Shown here: piece by piece, positions 29,337-38,702 of the stretch
How positions within the stretch are numbered: the first letter of the stretch is position 1
How the letters are laid out: each line of letters opens with the position of its first letter
From: a virus
Direction: 5' to 3' (one strand)
Length of the DNA: 64,000 bases
IMG/VR virus record: IMGVR_UViG_3300027851_000021
Span: 2,308-66,307 of that record
Position numbers and translations under genes: made by a program
The notes under the pieces: model-generated
The model's database searches: none
What the model was told of the DNA's origin: nothing
Seen by the model: only the letters and a program-made list of their open reading frames with translations

Positions 29337-31679
29337 TTAATTGGAACTATCAACGGTTTTATTTGGTTGACCATTATTTAATTCTTTTACAGGAGTTCCC
29401 CATAAATAACACATTTTAGCTTCAGCCACAAAAGGAACTTTAGTTAACTTCCAATCAACTGCCACTTGTGCAAATGTATCAATACCTATACGCTTAACCA
29501 TTGCAACGATAGTTGGATCATTAGGCACCTCGATAACAATGGAGTCATGTACTAGATCCACGATCTTCGCACCCAGCTTAGCTATGATAGGACGAATACG
29601 TATTGCTGTATGCGCCGTAATATCGGAAGCAGTAGATTGGTGTGGGAAGTTAGCAAATTCGTTTTGTACTCCATTCAAGTTTTCTTTTGTTACCAGTCCA
29701 GGACGACATTTACGACCGAAGCAAGTAGTTAATGTCTGACGCTTTCTAGGTGCATTACGGCATTTATCTTGGAATGCTTTAGCAACAGGAAACTGCTCCC
29801 AGAATGAATCAATTTCTTTCTGTGCTTGCTTTTCTGATATACCAAATTCTTCTGCCAATGAATGTGCAGATCTTCCATAGATAACACCGAAGTTAACGGC
29901 CTTAGCACGAACATATTGATCCTCGGTATAGGAATCACCATATCGATACGCAGCAGTCTCTTTATGCAAAGAACGATCAGTAGAATTATAAATGGCCAAT
30001 AAAGCAGGGTCTCCTGATTGAATAGCCAATGATCGTAATTCTGCCTGTGACGCATCCAAGTCTAATAATACATAACCTGGAGAAGCCATAAACATTGCCT
30101 TAAGGAGTGGATCTCTAGGAATATTCTGCAGGTTAGGATCTCTACAAGATAAACGACCTGTGCGAGTTCCATGGATTAAGAATGTAGGATGAATCCTTCC
30201 ATCATCGTGTACGTGTTTAGCCATACCAATAACATAAGTACTCAATGCCTTATTAGCTACACGCCATTTAGACAAAGCATGCTTAAATGGAAATTCTGGC
30301 CATAAAGCAACTGTCTTAGCATCGGAACTTCTCTTAGCACGTCCTTTAACCCGAATACGAAGTTCATCGTACACATAAGCACACACTTGTTGCGAGCTAC
30401 CTGGATTAAGTTCTCTTCCTACAAGCGTATTAATAGCCTCTTTAAGATCCTTAACTTCCTGTTCCAGCCTTATTTTATTTTCTTCCCATGCAGTCCAGTT
30501 AAATGCAAAACCATTAAGCTCCACATGATATAACAATTCCGACAAAGGAATAAAGGTTTGTGTATACAGTTTCTCCAGCTTAACGTCATCACGTACTCTT
30601 TGACGCAATACATTATAGATCTGAAGGGTTTTACTTAAGTCTTTACCTTGGTAACTAAAAAGCACATCGAATGGAATAGTAGAGTAATCCCGTTTAGATT
30701 TTGGAATACCTTGCTCTTCAAACCAGTTATCCACAATATGCTTATGCGTAGGTGCAGACAATACATCTGACGCTACTGTATCCAAGTCATGAACACCGCG
30801 AGTTTCATCCAATGCATAATTAAGCAGCATTGTATCTTCGTCAACACGCGCATTATAACCATCACGTCTTAAAAATGCAATATCGAATTTACCGTTATGC
30901 CAGATCCATTTAATTTCAGGATCTTCCATTACATCCTTGAACATAGGAATTAATTCTGGAGGACAAATCCAAGCCACTCTAGGATCAAAACAGAAACCTG
31001 TAGTAAGGATTTTATCTTTACGGCGATTTAATCCTCCAGTCTCAATATCCGATGCTACTATACCAGCACGTTTAATTTCTCCCGCTAACCACTTAGCATT
31101 ATCCTTTGTAATCAATCGTGTAACAGGTTCTATATAATGCTTTGTAGGGGTACCTTTGTAGATGTTGACTGCCATATCCAAATCTTCTTGGAACTTCTTA
31201 TACGATCCCATTCCACGTAAAAGAAATGCTGGATGTACTGCAGCAATAATACCATGCTTAGCCAATGGAGTCTCAAAGCGATGACCACGACATTGGGTAA
31301 TCTTTAAATTGTAATCTCCTGTTAATCCCCATAAAGCACCATTACCTAAAGCAACGATAACATCTCTAGGATGTTTCATCAATTCTGTATGCAGCCTGTT
31401 AGAGCAACATTGAACAGCGTTAGCCAGAATATCTGGATCCTTCTTAGTAGGAAAGCAAGATAAAGCTGTCATATATAATGGCTCTACGTCTAATGGAAGG
31501 TTATCCATTAACATTTTACCGTTAGGACCCATAAAAGGCATCCCGGTAGCAAGTTCATTTGCCCCGGGACTTTCTCCTACTATAACGAACCTTGAATCCT
31601 CTGGACCACGATTACCAATTTTCCTACTATTGAAGGGGCAGTTATCGCACCCCTTCGCCTTCACATCACATGTATCCAT
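29337..31679 (-). CDS. polA: family A DNA polymerase with N-terminal UDG family-4-like domain
   Basis: N-terminal CxxC, GESPG, HPAFLLR; exonuclease DIETGGL, HNGKFD; polymerase TGRLS..PNLQNIP, DASQAELR, RAKAVNFGVIYG, VHDS. Confidence 0.92.
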   Translation of the reverse strand: MDTCDVKAKGCDNCPFNSRKIGNRGPEDSRFVIVGESPGANELATGMPFMGPNGKMLMDNLPLDVEPLYMTALSCFPTKKDPDILANAVQCCSNRLHTELMKHPRDVIVALGNGALWGLTGDYNLKITQCRGHRFETPLAKHGIIAAVHPAFLLRGMGSYKKFQEDLDMAVNIYKGTPTKHYIEPVTRLITKDNAKWLAGEIKRAGIVASDIETGGLNRRKDKILTTGFCFDPRVAWICPPELIPMFKDVMEDPEIKWIWHNGKFDIAFLRRDGYNARVDEDTMLLNYALDETRGVHDLDTVASDVLSAPTHKHIVDNWFEEQGIPKSKRDYSTIPFDVLFSYQGKDLSKTLQIYNVLRQRVRDDVKLEKLYTQTFIPLSELLYHVELNGFAFNWTAWEENKIRLEQEVKDLKEAINTLVGRELNPGSSQQVCAYVYDELRIRVKGRAKRSSDAKTVALWPEFPFKHALSKWRVANKALSTYVIGMAKHVHDDGRIHPTFLIHGTRTGRLSCRDPNLQNIPRDPLLKAMFMASPGYVLLDLDASQAELRSLAIQSGDPALLAIYNSTDRSLHKETAAYRYGDSYTEDQYVRAKAVNFGVIYGRSAHSLAEEFGISEKQAQKEIDSFWEQFPVAKAFQDKCRNAPRKRQTLTTCFGRKCRPGLVTKENLNGVQNEFANFPHQSTASDITAHTAIRIRPIIAKLGAKIVDLVHDSIVIEVPNDPTIVAMVKRIGIDTFAQVAVDWKLTKVPFVAEAKMCYLWGTPVKELNNGQPNKTVDSSN

Positions 31680-32452
31680 TATTTATATGCCCCAATTAAT
31701 CCTTCAATCATACCAACGTTATAAGCCATATCAACATTATAACCACGACATAGTTCAAAGTATTCATTCCGAGGACGTAATGTACTTGTATCCCCATTAT
31801 ACTTTTTACCTTCCCATCCAGCTCTTAATGGTGAAGCTGAATCGATACCTTTAACGCCATACATCTTAGTACATGCAATATCATCTGAAAGGTTATTAGA
31901 CATTCCTAAAAGATGTACTTGGAAATTACGTAAGGTTAAACGATTAACTAATGGAATCCTTGAACCTTGACGATTAGTAACTTCTCTTGGAACACCTACC
32001 ATGAATGGAACATCTTTATGCATAGTTGTAATTTGTTCTACACACCATAAAGCTTCATCTGGATCTTTACCTTGAGCTGCTATCATATAACCTACATTGC
32101 TCAAGAATTTCTTGCCATACTGCTGAATAGATTCTTTAGCCATTGCAATAGTTACTTCGGCTTCATTCAATTTATCTGGCAATACAATGAAAGTAGGATT
32201 AACGATAGAAGCTGCCATTACCATAGTATCCATAGGAACTGGAACTCCTAATTCGATAAGGCTATTGTCTAGAATAATAGTACCATCGAAACCTTCCAGC
32301 AATTGTTTATATAGATGCGGCTTAGCAATAATCTCGTGGGCAAGTAAAAGAAGGTAATTATTTAAAAACCCTCTTTCCTTCATTTGTAATAAAACCTCAA
32401 CAGGTGCGATTGGTGAATAACGTGCCATTTCTCTTCTAACTCCTTTAACCAT
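31679..32452 (-). CDS. dpdA: divergent TGT-fold 7-deazaguanine transglycosylase (DpdA-like)
   Basis: IILDNS, IVLPD, AQG, VHLLG, GIDSAS in the order of the TGT/DpdA motifs; adjacent to queE; start may be 32428. Confidence 0.7.
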   Translation of the reverse strand: MVKGVRREMARYSPIAPVEVLLQMKERGFLNNYLLLLAHEIIAKPHLYKQLLEGFDGTIILDNSLIELGVPVPMDTMVMAASIVNPTFIVLPDKLNEAEVTIAMAKESIQQYGKKFLSNVGYMIAAQGKDPDEALWCVEQITTMHKDVPFMVGVPREVTNRQGSRIPLVNRLTLRNFQVHLLGMSNNLSDDIACTKMYGVKGIDSASPLRAGWEGKKYNGDTSTLRPRNEYFELCRGYNVDMAYNVGMIEGLIGAYK

Positions 32453-32458
32453 TGTTTA

Positions 32459-33229
32459 TTAGCGACCTTTATCATTGCTCCATACCAAAGCATGAAGCTG
32501 TGGAAGGAATCTTGCTTTATTTAATACCGGATGTTTGTAAAGTTTCTCTGCGGTGTTACGATAATGTTCTAACAGCAACTTAACATGTTCATCACCACTA
32601 ATCTCTCCTTCAGGTAACCATTTATTTCCTAAGGACAAAAATAAAGGTGCATCAGGTGTTAACTGCCAGATATCACATGCAAAGTCAAAATCCTCTTCAT
32701 CGAAGACTACTACCTTAACACATACTTCTGGATGAAATGTACTAGGCTGTTCTTTACGCATGTATTCAGCCTGATTAATAAACTGAATCCAAGGCTCATA
32801 AAGACTTTCATTAAACATTTCTCCCATACCTGGACCTTTAGGAGATACTGTAACTAAGTTACATTTCATAAGCCATTTAGGGAAGAATGTACCTTGTGTC
32901 TCGATTGCAACTTTCATTCCACCCATTTGGATAAGAGTAACTAACTCCTCCAAATTATGTACACAAGGATTACCTCCTGTAATAGTTACCCAAGGTGTAT
33001 TATATTCAGCATTCATAGCTAATAGTTCTTCAGCTATTTCTGCTGCGGTCTTATATTTAGCCCAGGCTTTAATTTGTACTGGGTCTACTGCATGCTTGGA
33101 ATCACACATAGTACATTTAGAATCACATACTCCTAAACGAAGGAAGAATGTTTGTTTTCCACACATAGAACCTTCGCCCTGAATTGTAGGACCAAATAAT
33201 TCTATTAATGGCAATGTTTTTGATTTCAT
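32459..33229 (-). CDS. queE: 7-carboxy-7-deazaguanine synthase (radical SAM)
   Basis: ELFGPTIQGEG, CxxxCxxC (CDSKCTMCD), ITGGNP, IETQG, VSPK, PQLH. Confidence 0.93.
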   Translation of the reverse strand: MKSKTLPLIELFGPTIQGEGSMCGKQTFFLRLGVCDSKCTMCDSKHAVDPVQIKAWAKYKTAAEIAEELLAMNAEYNTPWVTITGGNPCVHNLEELVTLIQMGGMKVAIETQGTFFPKWLMKCNLVTVSPKGPGMGEMFNESLYEPWIQFINQAEYMRKEQPSTFHPEVCVKVVVFDEEDFDFACDIWQLTPDAPLFLSLGNKWLPEGEISGDEHVKLLLEHYRNTAEKLYKHPVLNKARFLPQLHALVWSNDKGR

Positions 33230-33252
33230 AGGAGAGCTCCTTAAGTTAATTT

Positions 33253-33281
33253 ATAATAGCATATTTCTTCGGAAATATCAA
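33253..33281 (-). promoter_or_regulatory. sigma70-like promoter ahead of queE-dpdA-polA
   Basis: On the - strand, CTTGATA-N17-TATTAT. Confidence 0.55.
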
Positions 33282-33288
33282 GCGCATT

Positions 33289-33930
33289 CTATTTGTCTTT
33301 CCCACTAAATGCCGATTCCCGTACGGACAATGGCAGTTTGAAAAATACCTTACCAACTGCACGAACGTCTTCTAACGCATTGTGAGCACCTTCAAAACCT
33401 TCACCGAACAAGAATTCATGTACTTCTGTAAGTGTAGGGTTCTTATAAGGACCAAAGCCATAACGTAACATCTTTTCTGTAGCAGGTAATTTACAAATAG
33501 GCATGTAAGTCTGCATAGTACAGAAATATTTCTTATAACGGTAAGACTGTTTGATATCATTGTATGTTCGACGCATATTAATATCTAACAATTGCTTATC
33601 AAACCAATTATTATGTGCTACCATAAGCTTAGCAGGTCTTACAAAATCTTTCCATGCATCTAAAACGATCTTACGGTCAACGCCTTCATCCATAGCGCGT
33701 TCGAAGGTGATTCCGTGTGCTTCAAAGGCTTTAATCGGCATTTCAGTATAACCATCTGGCTTAATGATCATATCAAATGTACCTAATTCAGTTCCATCCG
33801 ATTTATATAATACAGTCGCAAGCTGTACTATATGAGGTTGTTCTTTGTGCGTCATAGGTAATTTTTTATTAGGTAAGCCAGTAGTCTCAGTATCGTAGGC
33901 TGCCATAATAGCTTGTGGTATCATTTCCAT
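33289..33930 (-). CDS. DEDDh 3'-5' exonuclease (DnaQ-like)
   Basis: DTETTG, AHN..FD, AHNALED. Confidence 0.88.
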   Translation of the reverse strand: MEMIPQAIMAAYDTETTGLPNKKLPMTHKEQPHIVQLATVLYKSDGTELGTFDMIIKPDGYTEMPIKAFEAHGITFERAMDEGVDRKIVLDAWKDFVRPAKLMVAHNNWFDKQLLDINMRRTYNDIKQSYRYKKYFCTMQTYMPICKLPATEKMLRYGFGPYKNPTLTEVHEFLFGEGFEGAHNALEDVRAVGKVFFKLPLSVRESAFSGKDK

Positions 33931-33933
33931 TTA

Positions 33934-34437
33934 TTACCTCGATTGTGCTGGATATGTTGCAATCCCATTAGGTGTTTCCCATACCTTGATATAAGCTAAT
34001 TCTCCCATACCTTCACAACGTTTTGCTATAGGTACTAAAAGACGCTCAAACCAGTGTTTAGCCATATTCTCTGCAGTAGGTACAAAAGGTACTAAGTATA
34101 GTTTACCCCCAGAACCTTCTCCAAGCCAATATCCTTGTTCATCAATTACTTTCTGTGCATTAGTAAGGTTATCATAAAATAAACTTGCTAATGGATCTTG
34201 GATCCACAATGTCATTCCATGATCACAAGGTGCATCGATATATTCCATCATAAGTTCTTTTAAGAACCCAAAATCTAATACCATACCTTCTTGTTCTCCG
34301 GTTTCAAACAATTTACCTCTTACACAGGCTTGAACAGTATATCGATGTCCATGTAGGTTTTTACATTTCGATCCATGATGCGTCACTCTATGTCCCGCAT
34401 CTATTCCGATCTCTCGGATAATTTCAAATGCACTCAT
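33934..34437 (-). CDS. queD: 6-carboxytetrahydropterin synthase
   Basis: DAGHR....CKNLHGHRY, LDFG, PTAEN, VWETP. Confidence 0.92.
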   Translation of the reverse strand: MSAFEIIREIGIDAGHRVTHHGSKCKNLHGHRYTVQACVRGKLFETGEQEGMVLDFGFLKELMMEYIDAPCDHGMTLWIQDPLASLFYDNLTNAQKVIDEQGYWLGEGSGGKLYLVPFVPTAENMAKHWFERLLVPIAKRCEGMGELAYIKVWETPNGIATYPAQSR

Positions 34438-34446
34438 TTAATACTC

Positions 34447-35205
34447 CTAAAATTTATGTCCAGCTATTAAGGTCAAGAATTCAGACTTTGCGGAGGGATT
34501 CATAGCAAATACGCCACGCATAACTGAAGTTGTAGTCTCAGAATCATCCTTAACGCCTCTCCAGCACATACAGAAGTGTGATGCTTTAAGAACTACCGCT
34601 AATCCTACAGGTTCTAATTCTTTTTCCAAGTAGTCGGCTAATTGTACAGTAGCTTCTTCTTGAATTGTCGGACGAGAATTAATCCAATGTGCTAAACGAT
34701 TGAATTTCGAAAGTCCAATTAGTTTTGATCCAGGGATAACACCGATCCAAACATTACCGATAATTGGTGCCATATGATGTGCACACATTGAACGAATTTT
34801 GATTGGACCTACAACCATCATTTCATTCAGTTTCTTAACGTTAGGAAAGCTTGTAAGTTCTGGCGCTTTATTAAAACGACCCATCATTACTTCCTGGATG
34901 TACATCTTAGCAACACGCTTACCAGTCTCTTTAGTATTATGATCATTTTCACGATCAATAACTAAGGTATCTAGTAAGTTCTCAATATGTACTTGGGCTT
35001 CTTTTACAAGTTCGTCCAATTCACCTTCTTGAATAAAGTCGGCAATACAGTCGTTAGCAAAGAAAGGCATTTCTGCCTCTCTTAAGCGTTGACGAATACG
35101 TTCGGATACTTTTAACAAAGGTGCTTTTTTAGACATTTCATTCATCAGTGACATATTCTCTAAATTTTTATTGGCTTGTACTTCTATTGGGTAATCTTCA
35201 CTCAT
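34447..35205 (-). CDS. folE: GTP cyclohydrolase I
   Basis: SMCAHH, GLSKFNR, QEE, HFCMCWRGV. Confidence 0.93.
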   Translation of the reverse strand: MSEDYPIEVQANKNLENMSLMNEMSKKAPLLKVSERIRQRLREAEMPFFANDCIADFIQEGELDELVKEAQVHIENLLDTLVIDRENDHNTKETGKRVAKMYIQEVMMGRFNKAPELTSFPNVKKLNEMMVVGPIKIRSMCAHHMAPIIGNVWIGVIPGSKLIGLSKFNRLAHWINSRPTIQEEATVQLADYLEKELEPVGLAVVLKASHFCMCWRGVKDDSETTTSVMRGVFAMNPSAKSEFLTLIAGHKF

Positions 35206-35208
35206 ATT

Positions 35209-35874
35209 CTACTCCGCATATTTAGTTGGGTCAACAATGCCTGCTTTAGCAAAGGCTTCTTTTCTTGCACGACATGTTGGACAAGTACCACAATGATCTT
35301 CATCACCTTTATAACAAGACCAGGTATACTTCAAAAGGGATTCATCAAGGCTTGCACCTTTATTAACGATATCCGCTTTAGATGACCATTGGAATGGTGT
35401 AAGCAAACGAGTCTTTTGATAAGTACCAATAAAGATCGCATTCGCCATAGCACCATTGAATTCTGGTGTACAATCCGGATAAGCCCAGTTAGCGGCATCT
35501 TCAGCATGGGCACCATAATAAATGAAATCATAACCTTCATGTTGTGCTTTAGAAGCAATGACAGAGAGCATCAGACCATTACGAAATGGAACATATGTAG
35601 GAGAAATGCCTTCAATTTGATCGTAGCTAATGTTCGGAATTTCTACTGCGCGATCTGTGAGCATAACCCCTTCGATCTTCGGTAATACTACGATTTCACG
35701 TTCAACACCAAGCTCTTTACAAAGTGTTAATGCGTACTCTAATTCTTTAATATGTCTTTGTCCATAATCGATACCGAGGGACTTGACATTCTTTGCGCCA
35801 TGTTCAGCTACAGCCATCATTAATGTAACTGAACTGTCTAAACCGCCACTGTGTAATACTAATGCTCTTGACAT
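35209..35874 (-). CDS. queC: 7-cyano-7-deazaguanine synthase
   Basis: SGGLDS, YGQRH, YVPFRN, YPDC, WSCY...CGTCPTC. Confidence 0.95.
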   Translation of the reverse strand: MSRALVLHSGGLDSSVTLMMAVAEHGAKNVKSLGIDYGQRHIKELEYALTLCKELGVEREIVVLPKIEGVMLTDRAVEIPNISYDQIEGISPTYVPFRNGLMLSVIASKAQHEGYDFIYYGAHAEDAANWAYPDCTPEFNGAMANAIFIGTYQKTRLLTPFQWSSKADIVNKGASLDESLLKYTWSCYKGDEDHCGTCPTCRARKEAFAKAGIVDPTKYAE

Positions 35875-35910
35875 GATTTCATCTTTCTGTGCAGGATTTT
35901 AAGGTAAAGA

Positions 35911-35935
35911 AGATGAGGGGAATTAACCCCTCATC
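35911..35935 (-). terminator. intrinsic terminator-like hairpin after the SSB gene
   Basis: GATGAGGGG-AATTAA-CCCCTCATC. Confidence 0.65.
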
Positions 35936-35953
35936 CTTTAGTATAGTCTTAGA

Positions 35954-36415
35954 TTAGCCTAGGAAAGAATCAGACTCGCCGGCTGGGGCAAGAAGATTCT
36001 TAACAGTATTGCGATCTTCATCGTTATACTTTTGGAATCCGACTACTGCACGAGCACGTTTACCAATAAACAAGTCGGCAGTATCTTGATTGCATTTGAA
36101 TGGACCTTCCAACAACTCAGGAAGTCCCAAACGATTAATAGTACGTTTAGCTTGGCCCATAGTTTTAGGTGAGAACACAACGTGTGTAAACAACTTACGT
36201 CCAGCAAGCTCTCCTGCAGAATCTTCAAGAACAAGTGTCAAAGAGATCATTGGATTACCTGAAGAACTTTTCTTGGCTTCAGCTTCGTCAATAATGACAT
36301 CATAAGTGCCTTTAGGGAGCAGCTCAAAACCGGCATCTTCCTGTACGTCACTAAGATCGATTGCTACATCGTCGCCATCATTTTCAAATTCTACGCCTTC
36401 ATTTTCGTCTGACAT
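35954..36415 (-). CDS. single-stranded DNA-binding protein (DUF669-like)
   Basis: FELLPKGTYDVII, SSGNPMISL, GRKLF; acidic ends. Confidence 0.75.
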   Translation of the reverse strand: MSDENEGVEFENDGDDVAIDLSDVQEDAGFELLPKGTYDVIIDEAEAKKSSSGNPMISLTLVLEDSAGELAGRKLFTHVVFSPKTMGQAKRTINRLGLPELLEGPFKCNQDTADLFIGKRARAVVGFQKYNDEDRNTVKNLLAPAGESDSFLG

Positions 36416-36461
36416 AATTTATTCCTTTTCTTTTGGTTTGGTTTGTTTTGGTTGTTTGATG

Positions 36462-37493
36462 TTATTTAGTCTTGAGCATACCCACATCTTTTAGTATACC
36501 TGCCATTGAAGGATTATCCCAATACGGTTTACGGAAGTTAGACAGCCTACATTTAGCTGCAAACTTACCCGTAGGTTGAACCATTAGTCGACGAGTCAAA
36601 GATTTCCCATCTTCTGCAGGTACCGTAATCAGATAACCAACAATATCCATAAAGCCTTGAATCTGGCTTGAAAGTTTTCCTGTCATTGCAGGAGAATATA
36701 AAAAGCGTTTTGTCTCGTCCTGTACGTAGGTCCGGGAACAAACAAAAATAACATGCATTGGTAAGTCTCTATACGCACGTACGAGTCGCTGCACCATAGT
36801 ATGTTGCTTCTTATATTCAGCCCATTCTGCAGTTTGAGATTCATCCGACAAAGAAGTCTTATCGGTAATATTCAATAGCTGCATCATACAATATGTCTCT
36901 ACCTCAGTTAAGGAATCGATAATACAAGTACGATATCTTTTAGGCTCTTTAATTTCTTCTACAGGTACTCCTGTGAACTTAGATTGTAGATCAATAAGCT
37001 TTGCAACTGCCTCTGGAGAAGGATCATCACGATATAAGCAGTGTAATTTAAGAAAGTCAAATACCTTAACAACTGTCTTATAATCATAAACCTGTACAGA
37101 ATCAATATTTTCAAAGTTATTTTGTCCGGAATCATCTGTATCCCATGTTAAATCCCCACTCTCAGCCGCGATCGCTAGGACATCATTCATTTGTGGGACG
37201 TTAGCAGCTGTACCAGCAAAATAAGTCTTACCAATACCAAAATCGGCATATACTAAAACTTTAACATACCTTGCAGCTTCACGATCTTCCTTGGACTTAA
37301 TCTTAAACGCAGGAGCTGCTGTAGGTTTAATAACTACTCCAGGCTGTACAGCTCTTCCAGCTACTGCTGAAGCAGGTTTAGCTACAGCTGTCGCAGGTTT
37401 ATTACCTACAGGTAAAGGCTTAGCTAATGAAGTAGTAGGTACAACAGCTTTAACTTCTGGCTTAACTTCAGTGGGTTTAGTTACATCATTCAT
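36462..37493 (-). CDS. Sak4-like AAA ATPase/recombinase
   Basis: YADFGIGKT, IIDSLT, MDIVGYL, AKCR. Confidence 0.78.
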   Translation of the reverse strand: MNDVTKPTEVKPEVKAVVPTTSLAKPLPVGNKPATAVAKPASAVAGRAVQPGVVIKPTAAPAFKIKSKEDREAARYVKVLVYADFGIGKTYFAGTAANVPQMNDVLAIAAESGDLTWDTDDSGQNNFENIDSVQVYDYKTVVKVFDFLKLHCLYRDDPSPEAVAKLIDLQSKFTGVPVEEIKEPKRYRTCIIDSLTEVETYCMMQLLNITDKTSLSDESQTAEWAEYKKQHTMVQRLVRAYRDLPMHVIFVCSRTYVQDETKRFLYSPAMTGKLSSQIQGFMDIVGYLITVPAEDGKSLTRRLMVQPTGKFAAKCRLSNFRKPYWDNPSMAGILKDVGMLKTK

Positions 37494-38569
37494 TTTAAAA
37501 ATTTCCTCCAGTTTTCTTTTTCATCATTACGTGGTATAGTACTTGACATCAAGTCAGCTTCCCAATCAGACCCGTCATCCATCATTACACAAGTCATCTT
37601 TTGTGTACAGTCGAAAGAACAATCTCTTGTAGGATTAGGATACATTGGAAGATCAGGATTAATCATATCCATAGCTTCTAACATAATCTTTTCGCCTTCA
37701 GACTGAATCTGAACTTCATTTCTATATTCCCAATCCCTACGAATTAATGCATCATAGTTAGGATCTTCCATAGTAGCCAAGTAATTCAAATATTCTACTT
37801 CTCCTGCAGAGGCTGCTTGAACACTACCATAAAGATTAATAAGAGCATTCTTATATATCCTATGGGTGGTCGCCTGATTTTTGGCAGTAGAGAAAGATTT
37901 CTTCGAAGCCAAGAATTTTGGAGGTTCAAGAATTTTTTTAAGATGCTGCTGATATACAAATCCTGTAACAGGTTGTCCTGGATATAAAACAGAACCAGCC
38001 CAAAGATATGCACCAATTTGTGGATCAGTATCCAAATGTTGTGTAGCAAACAATTTAGCTGACTTATAATCCAGAATCCATATACGATCATGTTCATCTT
38101 GAATAACTCTATCTAATGTTCCTTGGTATACAACTTTACTGTAACCGCATGCACGTACATAATCAGGATCGATAGGAATCGGAATTTCAAACTCCACCTC
38201 TATCTGTTGCTTCCCTTCAAATACGAAGGTCTTAAGAGCATCTCTATTGCCTAACCATTCAACATAATAGTCACACATAGCACAAATCAATTCGATCTGT
38301 TCTTCTACGTCATGAGGTACACGTTTAGATTCAGTCTGATTGATAGCATCTACATATGCCATAAAAGCCAATCGAGGATGTTTATATTTATTTTCCCCAT
38401 GATAGTCTTCCATTGCGAAGTGAAATCCTGAACCAGACCATAAAGGAGCTCTGGCTTGATCTTCAGTTCTATTCATACGCATATGACTACTCCAACCCCA
38501 TTTACGGCGGCAGCGTTTAAATGCAATTCTATCACTGGTGCGGATTCTAGCTACAGGTAAGTCTGACAA
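37490..38569 (-). CDS. PD-(D/E)xK (Cas4/RecB-like) exonuclease
   Basis: FKRCRRKW, GSGFH, GTLD...ILDYKS, QIGAY, C-terminal CxxxC. Confidence 0.82.
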   Translation of the reverse strand: MSDLPVARIRTSDRIAFKRCRRKWGWSSHMRMNRTEDQARAPLWSGSGFHFAMEDYHGENKYKHPRLAFMAYVDAINQTESKRVPHDVEEQIELICAMCDYYVEWLGNRDALKTFVFEGKQQIEVEFEIPIPIDPDYVRACGYSKVVYQGTLDRVIQDEHDRIWILDYKSAKLFATQHLDTDPQIGAYLWAGSVLYPGQPVTGFVYQQHLKKILEPPKFLASKKSFSTAKNQATTHRIYKNALINLYGSVQAASAGEVEYLNYLATMEDPNYDALIRRDWEYRNEVQIQSEGEKIMLEAMDMINPDLPMYPNPTRDCSFDCTQKMTCVMMDDGSDWEADLMSSTIPRNDEKENWRKFLK

Positions 38570-38603
38570 AATTTAATCTCCCCGATCAATTTATTTATGT
38601 TTT

Positions 38604-38632
38604 ATTATCACTTATTTTTAAGGAACTAACAA
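38604..38632 (-). promoter_or_regulatory. sigma70-like promoter
   Basis: AGATTCCTC-TTGTTA-N17-GATAAT on the - strand. Confidence 0.55.
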
Positions 38633-38702
38633 GAGGAATCTCTGTGTCCCAATAATTTATTTTAGAATGGCCTTGGCTACGCCATTTAGTGGGCCAGTGT
38701 AA

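Noticed and set aside
32459-35874. Auxiliary queuosine tRNA-modification or folate pathway
   Set aside because: No queF, queA or tRNA genes; the adjacent DpdA-like gene and polymerase favour DNA modification
37490-38569. CRISPR-associated Cas4
   Set aside because: No array or other cas genes; it belongs to an exonuclease-Sak4-SSB recombination module
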